From: a virus
Taxonomy: Duplodnaviria; Caudoviricetes
DNA: 25,789 bases
Strand: one strand, 5' to 3'
Virus record (IMG/VR): IMGVR_UViG_3300014656_000115
Location: 1 to 25,789 of that record
Each line of letters opens with the position of its first letter. Positions within the stretch are counted from its first letter, which is position 1. A program made the position numbers and the translations under genes. The notes below the pieces were generated by a model. The model was given only the letters and a program-made list of their open reading frames with translations, had not been told where the DNA came from and made no database searches. Shown here in pieces: positions 1 through 9,450 of this stretch.

Positions 1-1
1 T

Positions 2-232
2 ATATCACATAAAAGAAACATGCCGTTAAGCCTTGCTGAGTTTGCGGAGACTGCGGTCAAGATGCAGCAGGCCGGATTTAGCAAGTACCTGATTGCGGAT
101 ATAATGCCTGACGATATAATTCCGGACGTACAACAGGAACTTGACCGGCAAGAGGAGGAGATGAAAACAATGTTGCCTGATATAGAGGAAACGGAGGATG
201 ATAATGGCGATAATGAGACAAACAGAGATTAA
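2..232 (+). CDS. Portal protein, C-terminal part (SPP1 gp6-like; 5' truncated by window)
   Basis: Frame is open from base 2 (ISHKRNMP...). The 'KRNMP...VQQELDRQEEE' segment plus acidic tail resembles SPP1-type portal C-termini, and it lies upstream of the minor head gene. Confidence 0.75.
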   Translation: MSHKRNMPLSLAEFAETAVKMQQAGFSKYLIADIMPDDIIPDVQQELDRQEEEMKTMLPDIEETEDDNGDNETNRD

Positions 233-476
233 TATTTTAGGGAAAAAATATGCTATTGATTATTCTACTGATGTACAAATGGGCGGCGCTTACGGTGCAA
301 GTAATAGACAGAAGCAAAAAATAAGCCTATCAGAAGACCAAGGGCCAGACCAATTATGTGAAACCCTTTTACATGAGGTCATGCATATTATATCGGGAGA
401 ATTAGCACTAACTATTTCTGAAGAGGATATTCAAAGACTTGCCGCCGCATTGTATTCTTTGGGGATTAAAATATAG
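198..476 (+). CDS. Small HEXXH-motif metallopeptidase-like phage protein
   Basis: ETLLHEVMH zincin motif. GGAGG at 193-197 suggests the true start may be ATG 204. Confidence 0.65.
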   Translation: MIMAIMRQTEINILGKKYAIDYSTDVQMGGAYGASNRQKQKISLSEDQGPDQLCETLLHEVMHIISGELALTISEEDIQRLAAALYSLGIKI

Positions 477-1382
477 ATGCCGAATCTAAACGAACTGGAA
501 GCGACAGCATATAAACGCCTTTTAGCCCATGAAAAAGCATACGAGCGGAAAACCATGAAAGCGCTTGTTGATGCTCTTACGATCATGCGCGGGCAGATGG
601 CAAAGATTTATGACAAGTACGCAAAAGACGGTATTTTAACAAAAGCGGAAATGACCCGATACAATAGATATGCGACCATGGAAAAGCAAATGATTGCGGC
701 CTTGGACCCTGCTCTAAAGGCGAATATCAAAACAATAGAGCTTTTAAGACCAGAACAATACGAGGCCGCATTTTTCCACTATGCTTGGGCTATCGATAAC
801 GGGGCAGGGGTGCGGATTGCCTGGGGTACGATTAACAAAGCCGTGGTGATGGAAAACCTTGCCAACCCGTGGCTTGATATTGCAAAAGAGAGATATAAAC
901 TTGAGGGGAAGCTCCAGGTCAGGGCAGCGCTCAATAACGGGTTATCTTTGGGGAAATCCTACGCCGCAATGTCAAAGGATTTAAAGAAAGCGATTAACCG
1001 GACGGCTTATGAAACCATGAGAATACTACGGACGGAAGGGCAGACGGCGATTAACGCGGGGCAAGATGATGCGTATACAAAGGCGCAAGAAAAAGGCATC
1101 GAGGGAAATGTAAAATGGGACGCAACGCTTGACGGGAAAACAAGACCCGACCACGGGGCGATGGACGGAGAGAACAGACAGCCTGACGGATTGTTTAACG
1201 GTCCAGGCAGGGAACGAGCGCCATACCCGGCATGGGAAGGGTTAAGCGCAGGGGAAAGGATACAGTGCCGGTGCAGATTGGCATTTGAGATTGAAGGATA
1301 CGAACCGAAGTTAAGGCGGTCAAGGGATGAGGGAATTATACCGTATCAGACATATAGCGAATGGGCGAAAACGCATAAGTAA
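477..1382 (+). CDS. Minor head / head morphogenesis protein (Mu gpF / SPP1 gp7 family)
   Basis: RILRTE, WDATLDGKTRPDHGAMDG and IQCRC motifs; position between portal and scaffold. Confidence 0.9.
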   Translation: MPNLNELEATAYKRLLAHEKAYERKTMKALVDALTIMRGQMAKIYDKYAKDGILTKAEMTRYNRYATMEKQMIAALDPALKANIKTIELLRPEQYEAAFFHYAWAIDNGAGVRIAWGTINKAVVMENLANPWLDIAKERYKLEGKLQVRAALNNGLSLGKSYAAMSKDLKKAINRTAYETMRILRTEGQTAINAGQDDAYTKAQEKGIEGNVKWDATLDGKTRPDHGAMDGENRQPDGLFNGPGRERAPYPAWEGLSAGERIQCRCRLAFEIEGYEPKLRRSRDEGIIPYQTYSEWAKTHK

Positions 1383-1387
1383 GTGTC

Positions 1388-1416
1388 TTGACTATCCTAT
1401 ATATATGGGATAGAAT
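1388..1416 (+). promoter_or_regulatory. sigma70-like promoter upstream of scaffold/capsid genes with overlapping 22-bp palindrome
   Basis: TTGACT(1388-1393)-17 nt-TAGAAT(1411-1416). CTATCCTATATATATGGGATAG (1392-1413) is a palindrome with one mismatched pair. Confidence 0.7.
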
Positions 1417-1463
1417 ATATATGATTAAGGTGTCCACAGGGCAAAGTAATCGGGAGGGGAATT

Positions 1464-2027
1464 ATGGCAGACGAAAAGAAAGACGAACAGAAGACAGAGG
1501 AACCGGAAAAGAAAACCGAAAAACCCCTGGAGTCTGACGTTGAATCTATCGTGTCAAAGGTACGTGCAGAAATGGAGGCCGCGTTTAAAAGTGAAATAAG
1601 CGGGCTTAACAAAAAAATAACGGAATTACAGACGGTATCCAAGCAGAAGGATGACCAGAAGAAAACCGTAGAAGAACGGCTCCAGGCTGTTGAGGAACAG
1701 GCAAGACTGAAAGAGGCTGAATTGTCTCATGAGCGATTGATACGAATGCTTCAAAAAGAAGCCGCCGAAAGAGGACTTAACCTTGAGGATGAAATCGACA
1801 TTGACAATCCGGCCTTAACGCTTGAGAAAGGAATAGCATTTCTTGAAAAGCGGAAAGCGGTTTATGATGAGCGGGACAAAAAACTCGCGAATGATTTAAT
1901 CGCCAATAATTCAGGTAAGCCAGGGAGCGGAGTCGGAAATCAGCAGCCGATTGATTTGAGTAAATTATCGGTTGACGAGCTTGCTAAACTTGAAGAGGAA
2001 GGCAAGCTAAACGACATGATTATTTAG
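1464..2027 (+). CDS. Capsid scaffolding protein
   Basis: Charged N-terminus, coiled-coil body, G/P-rich linker and short C-terminal helix; immediately upstream of the capsid gene; GGAGGGG RBS. Confidence 0.75.
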   Translation: MADEKKDEQKTEEPEKKTEKPLESDVESIVSKVRAEMEAAFKSEISGLNKKITELQTVSKQKDDQKKTVEERLQAVEEQARLKEAELSHERLIRMLQKEAAERGLNLEDEIDIDNPALTLEKGIAFLEKRKAVYDERDKKLANDLIANNSGKPGSGVGNQQPIDLSKLSVDELAKLEEEGKLNDMII

Positions 2028-2037
2028 GAGGCTCTTA

Positions 2038-2871
2038 ATGGGCGTAGAGAATTTTATCCCGAAAATATGGAGCGCGAAACTGCTTGTCAGATTGCGGAAA
2101 GCTCTTGTTTTCGGGCAGGTTGCTAATCGTGACTATGAAGGTGAGATTAGCGGACAGGGCGACACCGTTAAAATAAACGAGATCGGCCCTATTACCGTTA
2201 ACTCATATACAAAGGGCGGAAGTCTTACATGGGAAACCTTGGATTCCGCTGATAAATATTTGTTAATCGACCAGGCGAAATACTTTGCTTTTTCGATTGA
2301 TAAAATTGACATGGTACAAACCAAACCAAAACTTATGGACGGCGCAATGAGTGAAGCGGCCTATGCGGTTGCGGACACTATTGACCAGCACCTTGCGGGT
2401 AAATATGCGGAAGCAGGAAACAGTGTAACCGCACTTACCGTAACAGCGGGTAATGTTTTGCTCAACCTTTCTAACTTCCAGTTAGAATTGGACGAGGCGA
2501 ACGTCCCTACCGGGAACCGGGTAATAATCGTACCGCCTTGGTACAATCAGCACCTTGTCATGGCTGCAAGCGGTGCGGTTTCGGCCACGGCGACTGTAAA
2601 AACAACCGGCGACGGACTTATATCAAACGGCTATGTCGGACACCTTTTTGGGTTTGACATTTTGATGAGCAACAACGTAAACAACAACGGCACGGTATGG
2701 AACATTATGGCTCTTGACCGGTCTGCTCTCACGTATGCGGGTCAAATCGCAGAAATGGAAGCGGTAAAAAGAGAGAGTTATTTTGATACTGGTGTCAAAG
2801 GACTGTATGTGTACGGCTCAAAGGTTGTACGTCCGAACGCAATGTGTTATTGCGCGGCGACTAAAGGTTAA
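2038..2871 (+). CDS. Major capsid protein (P22 coat-like family, HK97 fold)
   Basis: NFIPKIWSAKLL...NRDYEGEISGQGDTVKI N-terminus and GLYVYGSKVVRP C-terminus; AGGAGG RBS. Confidence 0.92.
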   Translation: MGVENFIPKIWSAKLLVRLRKALVFGQVANRDYEGEISGQGDTVKINEIGPITVNSYTKGGSLTWETLDSADKYLLIDQAKYFAFSIDKIDMVQTKPKLMDGAMSEAAYAVADTIDQHLAGKYAEAGNSVTALTVTAGNVLLNLSNFQLELDEANVPTGNRVIIVPPWYNQHLVMAASGAVSATATVKTTGDGLISNGYVGHLFGFDILMSNNVNNNGTVWNIMALDRSALTYAGQIAEMEAVKRESYFDTGVKGLYVYGSKVVRPNAMCYCAATKG

Positions 2872-2883
2872 GGGGGTATAACT

Positions 2884-3267
2884 ATGGCTAGTACTACACT
2901 TTCAGTTTTAACGACTACTATAACCGGAGCGACAATCACCGCAAAGACTGCGGTTGCATCGAGCGAGACAATTACCATTGCGCCGACCACGGCACAAGGT
3001 TCTATTGACTTCGGCTCTATCGCAATCAGGATTTCGGCAGTGGGCGGGTCGGTAACTCCGACAATCGGGGTAGGTACGGAATACTCCGGTCTTGGAATCG
3101 GGACAAAGGCGATGACGGTAATAGCGTCAAGCGCTTCCGCCATTCTTGGCGGCCAGGACTTTGAGGGCGCGAGGTTCCTTACATCCGGCGGAACGGTTGT
3201 CATTACCATGGCAGGTACCGGTACAGCTTCGATAGAAGCCTTCCAGTATCCGAGAGCGACCGAATAA
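2884..3267 (+). CDS. Putative capsid decoration / structural protein
   Basis: T/A/G/S-rich beta-type protein between the capsid gene and a terminator. Confidence 0.55.
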   Translation: MASTTLSVLTTTITGATITAKTAVASSETITIAPTTAQGSIDFGSIAIRISAVGGSVTPTIGVGTEYSGLGIGTKAMTVIASSASAILGGQDFEGARFLTSGGTVVITMAGTGTASIEAFQYPRATE

Positions 3268-3271
3268 CAGC

Positions 3272-3297
3272 GGGCGGGGAAACCCGCCCATATTTTT
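3272..3297 (+). terminator. Rho-independent terminator after capsid/decoration genes
   Basis: GGGCGGG-GAAA-CCCGCCC hairpin (3272-3289) followed by ATATTTTT. Confidence 0.8.
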
Positions 3298-3309
3298 AGG
3301 AGTTATAGA

Positions 3310-3891
3310 ATGGCGGTCGTAACGGCAACACAGGTAACTAATTATACAAGTATTTCCGCAAGCGCCGCGACGATTGCATCATCGGGCCTTATTCCTATCA
3401 TCCAAGACCGTATTGCGATTATCACAAATAACTATTTCACAACGGGGATTTACATTGTCGGGTCTTGTACTTTTTCAGCGACTGACGGAACGGTCATTGT
3501 AGCGGGGTCAGAGCTTGAGGATACCGGATTTATAGCTGGAGACGATATATACATTTATTATTCCCATCGGAACGACGGATACTTTACGCTTGATAGTGTT
3601 TCCGGCTCTACCTTGACGATTGTTTCAAGCGGTAGCGCATTTGTAGCGGAGCCTACCGATTCAACACGGTCTATACAAATATCGGTTGTACGATGGCCGA
3701 GAGATGTAACCTACGCGGCTGCGCAAATGGTTAAGTACGATTACGATGATAGGAGCAAGCAATCACCAGGAGTTAGGTCAAGGAGCCTTGGGCCGTTCAG
3801 CGAATCGTATTCAGACGGCGGGCAGTCTTTCGGGTATCCTGATGATATTTTGTCTATATTTGACGTGCACAAAGTAGCGAGGCTCATGTAA
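3310..3891 (+). CDS. Head-tail adaptor (SPP1 gp15-like) with inserted beta domain
   Basis: WPRDVTYAAAQMV...GVRSRSLGPFSESY...YPDDILSIF C-terminus is adaptor-like; synteny. Confidence 0.75.
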   Translation: MAVVTATQVTNYTSISASAATIASSGLIPIIQDRIAIITNNYFTTGIYIVGSCTFSATDGTVIVAGSELEDTGFIAGDDIYIYYSHRNDGYFTLDSVSGSTLTIVSSGSAFVAEPTDSTRSIQISVVRWPRDVTYAAAQMVKYDYDDRSKQSPGVRSRSLGPFSESYSDGGQSFGYPDDILSIFDVHKVARLM

Positions 3892-4226
3892 TGGCGTTAC
3901 GTGATATGCTCAACATTGTCAGCGGGGTAACGGTAAATCGTAGGGTAGTTACTCCTGACGGGCAGGGCGGCAGTACGACTACTACAACTATTACGACTCT
4001 GACCCGTGCATCAATATGGCAGCCGGGCGGAAGTAATACGCTTATAAGCGACAAGATTGCAAGATTTTCGTCTCATGTTTTAGCGATTGAAACAGACGAA
4101 TACACGTTTACGGATAACGACGCGGATATAGGATATAACGGGCATACATATAAAATAACCGGACACCCGGACGAAGTAGCGAATCGGGGCGAATTAACCA
4201 TTGTCGGGTTGGAGTACATCTCGTGA
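3891..4226 (+). CDS. Head closure / stopper protein (SPP1 gp16-like)
   Basis: TPDGQGG motif and YNGHTYKITG; synteny. Confidence 0.75.
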   Translation: MALRDMLNIVSGVTVNRRVVTPDGQGGSTTTTTITTLTRASIWQPGGSNTLISDKIARFSSHVLAIETDEYTFTDNDADIGYNGHTYKITGHPDEVANRGELTIVGLEYIS

Positions 4227-4627
4227 TAAAGACAACAGTTGAAACACAATGGAACGGCGAAGAGGTTAAAATCAGAGGCAAGCGGGTGCGGGACAAGTCG
4301 GCATTTGAAATCGGGCTGATTGTTGAGAGACAAGCGAAAGAATTATGTCCGGTACTTACTGGTCTACTTGCGGGAAGTATTACAACGCAATCACGGACAG
4401 AAGGCACATCCCCACAAGCACCGGCAACTGAGGCTATACAAAAGCCCGCAATAGATGGCGAGGTGTATGTTGGTACTCCAGTTGAATACGGCCCGTATGT
4501 TGAGTTTGGCACTGTAAAGTCAAATGCAAAGGCATTTTTACGGCCATCTCTCGATTTAGCGAAAGGGCAGGAACTTACAATTGTCAAACAGAACGGGAAG
4601 AATATTTTTAAGGATTATATCAAATGA
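4223..4627 (+). CDS. HK97 gp10 family tail-completion protein
   Basis: AKELCPVLTGLLAGSI, VEYGPYVEFGT and FLRPSL motifs. Confidence 0.9.
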   Translation: MIKTTVETQWNGEEVKIRGKRVRDKSAFEIGLIVERQAKELCPVLTGLLAGSITTQSRTEGTSPQAPATEAIQKPAIDGEVYVGTPVEYGPYVEFGTVKSNAKAFLRPSLDLAKGQELTIVKQNGKNIFKDYIK

Positions 4628-5037
4628 AACCTTACCAGGCTATCGGATATTTGTTAAACCAGGCAACTACGGTAACAGCCATAACAAGCACGAGGATATA
4701 CCACGGGCTTAGACCGACCGGGACCGTAACGCCTTGTATAAATTATTACCAGGTCGGGCCTGGGGCGCGCAGGAATGGAATAGAAATCTGCACCTATTCC
4801 ATTAACTGTCGTACTTCAGACCCTGGCACGGCGCGAGACCTGGCGCGGGTTGTACTCGATTTATTCATAGGTGCAAGTTCAACGGGCACTTTTGGAAACA
4901 CGGGAGCGACTAATCAATTTGAAGTTATCCGGGGTAGTCTACAAAATGACAATGGACTTATCCCGGAATCGGCGGACGGAATATATAACGCACCGGTGGA
5001 TATACAAGTTATATTTCCGTCAACTACTGTATCGTAG
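4624..5037 (+). CDS. Tail terminator protein (DUF3168 / gp17-like)
   Basis: RIYHGLRP...PCINY pattern; directly upstream of the major tail gene. Confidence 0.7.
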   Translation: MKPYQAIGYLLNQATTVTAITSTRIYHGLRPTGTVTPCINYYQVGPGARRNGIEICTYSINCRTSDPGTARDLARVVLDLFIGASSTGTFGNTGATNQFEVIRGSLQNDNGLIPESADGIYNAPVDIQVIFPSTTVS

Positions 5038-5048
5038 GAGGATATACA

Positions 5049-5606
5049 ATGGCATTGTATCAGAACACAAGTGTTAACACTACAAAGTTAATACTTGGTA
5101 ACTATAAAATAGAAACGGCGGCAACCGCATTAGGGACGTATGTCAACCTTGGCGCAGGCATGGTGAACAGTTTTGCACACGAAATCACCATGTACGACGT
5201 CCAGGCTGGAAATGCTCCCGATCCGGTAGAAGGGATCGCGCTTGAAACATTTACCGTTGCTTTCGACCTGATCGAGTATGACGCTTCGAGTCTTGCGGCA
5301 ATATCAGGCGGAGGGCTTGCGTCAACGTCAACATCTGTTCTTTCAACTTTGGACGCGGGCGGAAATACTGTTGTAACACCGCAGGCGTTTAAGTTCACTA
5401 ATACGCGGATGGTCGCCGGAGCAACAAAAGAAACGATTATCACCGTGTATAAAGCAACCATGAGCCAGGGACTGTCCATTACCGCAAAGTCAGACAATGA
5501 CAGCGACCCGATAAACGTTATTCCAATAACCGTTGTTGGCGTAGTTGATGGAACCAGGACCGCTGGAAGTCAGCTTTACAAGATAACTAAGAGCTTGTGG
5601 ACATGA
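5049..5606 (+). CDS. Major tail (tube) protein
   Basis: Size and beta-rich composition; position before chaperone and tape measure; AGGAGG RBS. Confidence 0.75.
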   Translation: MALYQNTSVNTTKLILGNYKIETAATALGTYVNLGAGMVNSFAHEITMYDVQAGNAPDPVEGIALETFTVAFDLIEYDASSLAAISGGGLASTSTSVLSTLDAGGNTVVTPQAFKFTNTRMVAGATKETIITVYKATMSQGLSITAKSDNDSDPINVIPITVVGVVDGTRTAGSQLYKITKSLWT

Positions 5607-5962
5607 AAGTAAAAGACCTTGACGTTTTACGGCCTAAGCCTAATTACATAAAACTTGCGGATACTGAAATAGACGTATCGTTTATTCCATGCGGAATAAC
5701 CTTTGAGATTGATTCTATCATGCAAGATCTGTCGACAATAACCGTAGAAGCGGTCAAGGACAATCCAGAAAGCGCGAGGCGGGCGTTTGATTTAACGATC
5801 CGCCTGTGCGCTGCTTTTTGCTCATGGAAAAATCCTGAGATGACAAAAGAATGGTTCATGGAGAACGTAGACGCACGGCAGGTGCGAGAGTTCGCCGAAG
5901 CGATAAAGGAAGCCCTTGAACGGTCATATTCAGGCATCGAGGATTACGGTAAAAAAAAATAG
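5603..5962 (+). CDS. Tail assembly chaperone (gpG-like)
   Basis: ATG 5603 overlaps the tail gene TGA (ATGA); ends GGT AAA AAA AAA TAG; lies between major tail and tape measure genes. Confidence 0.8.
   Translation: MKVKDLDVLRPKPNYIKLADTEIDVSFIPCGITFEIDSIMQDLSTITVEAVKDNPESARRAFDLTIRLCAAFCSWKNPEMTKEWFMENVDARQVREFAEAIKEALERSYSGIEDYGKKK
5951..5959 (+). promoter_or_regulatory. -1 programmed ribosomal frameshift slippery site (A9)
   Basis: A AAA AAA run just before TAG. The -1 frame is open from 5959 through the ORF 6010-6228. Confidence 0.8.
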
Positions 5963-6228
5963 CCGATGACGGGGATGATGAAATCCATCTCGGCAGGCTG
6001 TTTATAGGAATGGCTTTACTGTATCCATGGGCGACTAAGGAGTATCTTTTGTGGAAAATGAGCCTTGGACAAATCGTTATGTATTACAACGGCGGCATGG
6101 AAGCCAAATACGGCAAGCAGGACGGGAGACCTAAAACCGCAGCGCAGATGAGCCATGCCGAATTGAAACGGAAGCGGGAAGAATTGCGTAAGCAGTTCGG
6201 GGAGATTGGCGATGGCGAACCTCGGTGA
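5959..6228 (+). CDS. Tail assembly chaperone frameshift extension (gpT-like part of gpGT)
   Basis: -1 frame reads IADDGDDEIHLGRLFIG-MALLYPWATKEYLLWKMSLGQI... with no stop. Confidence 0.75.
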   Translation: MADDGDDEIHLGRLFIGMALLYPWATKEYLLWKMSLGQIVMYYNGGMEAKYGKQDGRPKTAAQMSHAELKRKREELRKQFGEIGDGEPR

Positions 6229-8710
6229 CATGGTCGTACGGATTGTCGGCGACAATTCGGGATTAGATAAATCAATAGACAATTCTCAAACTAAACTTCA
6301 AAACTTTGCGAAAGTTGCCGAAAATACCGGCAAGAAATTATCAACATTTGTAACGCTTCCTATTCTTGGGCTTGCGGCAGCATCCTTAAAAGCGGCCGCA
6401 TCAATGGAGAGCCAGGAATCCGCGTTTACAACCATGTTAGGGAGCGCGGATAAGGCTAAAAAACTACTTGGCGATTTGACGAAACTTGCTGAAAAAACAC
6501 CTTTCCAATTAACCGATTTAGCGAAGGCAACCAAGACCATGCTTGCCTTTGGTGTTGCGAATGAGCAGGTATTACCTAATTTAAAAATGTTAGGCGATAT
6601 TGCAGGGGGCAACGCGGCAAAACTTGACAGTCTTACGCTTGCATTCTCGCAGATACAATCCACCGGACGGCTTATGGGGCAAGACCTCTTACAGCTTATC
6701 AACGCAGGATTTAACCCATTACAAGTAATCTCACAAAAGACCGGCGAAACGATGGGCGAGCTTAAAAAGCGGATGGAGCAGGGAGGTGTAAGCGCGGAAG
6801 AGGTTGCTGAAGCTTTTAAGATTGCGACAAGTGAAGGTGGATTGTTTTTTAATGGAATGGAAAGGGCGTCACAGACTCTTGAAGGGCAATTCTCAACGCT
6901 CAAAGATAATGTAGTTGCGGTGGGTAGAAGCATAGGGGAAATTCTTTTACCGATTGCTAAAGAGATTGTCGGGAAACTCACCGAATGGGCGCAGAAGTTC
7001 GCTTCACTGAACGAACATCAAAGAAAGACAATTTTAATCGTGGCAGGGGTTGCGGCTGCAATCGGTCCCGTGCTTTTAGGCATAGGGAAAATGGTTACTC
7101 TTGTCGGAAGTGCGATACGTGTCGTACAATCTTTAACCGCGTCTTTAGCAACCCTTAATATTGCGCTTGGTCCGCTTATGCTTGTCGGCGCTTTGGTTGC
7201 GGCAGCCGGGGCCATGATTGCTTTACAGATACGGGAAAATAAACTAAACGAGGAACATCAAAAGTTTGTAGAACTCACCGAACGGCAAATGGTTGCGGTG
7301 AATAATTTAGTACCTCGGTATGAAGAACTAGCCCGGAAGACGGAGCTAACTGCGGAAGAATCAAAAGAGCTTGCACGGCTTACGAACGATCTTAAAGCGG
7401 TGTATCCCGATTTACAAACCGAAATAAATGCGACAACGGGAGTATTGCAGCTTAATTCTTTAGAGTTAAGAACGGCGGCACGCGCGACGCTTGCAAATAC
7501 AATCGCCATTAGAGAAGAAAATCTCGAAAGAACTCGATCTATTGCCAATATAAATAAACAGTCCATAGCGATTACAAGGTCAACGGAAAGTTTAATGAAG
7601 GGAGTGGATTTTACCAAAATACACGCCCAGCAAGACGCGCTCCTGGCAAAAGACCAACGGGCGATTGACGAAGCGGTGGCGGCCATGCGGTCCGCCGGGG
7701 CGGAACTTGCGGCCTTCGACGCGGAAACAGCTGCAAGAATCGAAGAGGACAACAGGAAAAGACTTGAAGCTATCGCAAAAACAAAAGAAACGGAAGTTAC
7801 GCTTACCAAAGAAGCGGCTGAAACTAAAACAACGATAACCAAAGAGCAACAGGCCGAGGAAATATCAGATTTAATCACGCACCTTGAAGAAAAGAAAAGA
7901 GTCACCCTAGAAGCCGAGGCGGAACTATGGGGGCAGATGCACGAGCAAAAACAAGAAGAACAAGCAGAAGAAACGAAAATAACTGACCATTCTCTCGATT
8001 TATGGGTTGAGGCAGAGAACAAGAAGGCGGCTATTCAGCATGAAATTATAATAGGTGGTCTTGAGGAAATATCAAAGGCGTATGACGAAGAGCAGAACCT
8101 TGCCGAAGCAAACGCTAAAAAACAAATGGATTTAGATAAAAAAGTAGCGGATCAACGGATACAACTTGCATTTGATTACATCGGAATGCTCAATTACATA
8201 AATGACATTGTAGACATTTCAAATGATATGAAACTACAGGCGGCAGAAAAAGAGGGAAAATCAGAAGAAGAACTCGCAAAACTTAAACGGAGGCTAGCGC
8301 GGGATGCGGCGGTTGCAAGTAAGGTAACATCAGCGTTTAATATTGGCTTGTACACAGCACAGGCGGTTATGGCCGCATTGACTCAACCAATTATAGGTCC
8401 GGCTCTTGCGGCGTTTGCCGCACTACAGGGAGCGATACAGCTTGCTATTGTTTTGGCTAAACCATTACCGGCTTTAGCGGAAGGCGGCATCGTCCCGGCA
8501 AGACCCGGCGGTACGGTTGCGACACTTGGCGAAGCGGGTCAACCTGAAGTAGTTTTTCCTCTTGATAGGCTGGAAGATTTTTTATCACCCGGAGGGGATG
8601 CAGGGGATATGCGGATTATTGTGAATCTCGATTCGAGACCCTTACTTGATAAGATTTTCCAAGCAACAAGGAATAGGACGGTACTTATCGACCAAGGGGC
8701 AGTTGTATGA
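6212..8710 (+). CDS. Tape measure protein
   Basis: LGDMVVRIVGD start, AEKTPFQLTDL tape-measure domain, hydrophobic segments, coiled coils and a LAEGGIV...GEAGQPEVVFPL C-terminal motif. GGAG at 6201 favours ATG 6212. Confidence 0.95.
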   Translation: MANLGDMVVRIVGDNSGLDKSIDNSQTKLQNFAKVAENTGKKLSTFVTLPILGLAAASLKAAASMESQESAFTTMLGSADKAKKLLGDLTKLAEKTPFQLTDLAKATKTMLAFGVANEQVLPNLKMLGDIAGGNAAKLDSLTLAFSQIQSTGRLMGQDLLQLINAGFNPLQVISQKTGETMGELKKRMEQGGVSAEEVAEAFKIATSEGGLFFNGMERASQTLEGQFSTLKDNVVAVGRSIGEILLPIAKEIVGKLTEWAQKFASLNEHQRKTILIVAGVAAAIGPVLLGIGKMVTLVGSAIRVVQSLTASLATLNIALGPLMLVGALVAAAGAMIALQIRENKLNEEHQKFVELTERQMVAVNNLVPRYEELARKTELTAEESKELARLTNDLKAVYPDLQTEINATTGVLQLNSLELRTAARATLANTIAIREENLERTRSIANINKQSIAITRSTESLMKGVDFTKIHAQQDALLAKDQRAIDEAVAAMRSAGAELAAFDAETAARIEEDNRKRLEAIAKTKETEVTLTKEAAETKTTITKEQQAEEISDLITHLEEKKRVTLEAEAELWGQMHEQKQEEQAEETKITDHSLDLWVEAENKKAAIQHEIIIGGLEEISKAYDEEQNLAEANAKKQMDLDKKVADQRIQLAFDYIGMLNYINDIVDISNDMKLQAAEKEGKSEEELAKLKRRLARDAAVASKVTSAFNIGLYTAQAVMAALTQPIIGPALAAFAALQGAIQLAIVLAKPLPALAEGGIVPARPGGTVATLGEAGQPEVVFPLDRLEDFLSPGGDAGDMRIIVNLDSRPLLDKIFQATRNRTVLIDQGAVV

Positions 8711-9450
8711 GAATAGCCTATAACAATCTATTTGACGACGGAACATTGACGGCATCGAGCGAGGCGACCGGATATGCCGTTGAAAATACGCAGAACCAAC
8801 GACTTGCCAAAGTATGGCGGAGTACTGATGCTTCAACACAAACGGTTATAGTTGATTTAGCAACTGCTCAAACAGTAACCGTAGTTGCAGTAATGGGACA
8901 TAACCTCACCAGTTCCGCAAACATAACCTTAGAGGGTAACTCAAGCGATTCCTGGCCGGGGGCGACAAGCCAGACCGTGACTTATAACGCGGGGGTTATT
9001 TTAAAATTCTTTACCGGGTCGAGTTATCAGTATTGGCGGTTCTCGATTGAGGATACGACAAATACAGATGGATACCTAGAAATAGGAAGATTGTGGTTGG
9101 GCGAATATATTGACGTTTCCCCCTCAAGCCTGCTTGATTTCGTGGCAACAAAGAAACGAAGCGATACGATTATGTATGGAAAAAACCGGCAGAAATTTTC
9201 TACTCCCGGTATAGGTTGGCGAGAGTTTCGATTGTCATTCCCGGTGACTGCATACGCAATGATAGAACAGATAGAAGATATGTATGACGATATAGGGAAC
9301 CACGGAAATCTTATATTTTGCAACTTTGACACGGATAGAACGTATCAATTAGTTGACCCGTGTTATTGCTCGATTAACGGGAATATGAGTTTTCGGCATC
9401 AACGAAATATGCGATTTACCTATGACCTTACTTTGGAGGAAGACCGATGA
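8707..9450 (+). CDS. Distal tail (Dit-like) protein with discoidin/F5/8-like N-domain
   Basis: Follows the tape measure gene; LTASSE...WRS...VIVDL...YQYWRF...LEIGRLWLG pattern. Confidence 0.65.
   Translation: MRIAYNNLFDDGTLTASSEATGYAVENTQNQRLAKVWRSTDASTQTVIVDLATAQTVTVVAVMGHNLTSSANITLEGNSSDSWPGATSQTVTYNAGVILKFFTGSSYQYWRFSIEDTTNTDGYLEIGRLWLGEYIDVSPSSLLDFVATKKRSDTIMYGKNRQKFSTPGIGWREFRLSFPVTAYAMIEQIEDMYDDIGNHGNLIFCNFDTDRTYQLVDPCYCSINGNMSFRHQRNMRFTYDLTLEEDR

Noticed and set aside
6298-8022. Long antisense ORFs (227 aa, 254 aa and others) opposite the tape measure gene
   Set aside because: They are Ser/Phe/Leu-rich shadows of the coding strand with no recognisable motifs. The same applies to antisense ORFs opposite other structural genes.
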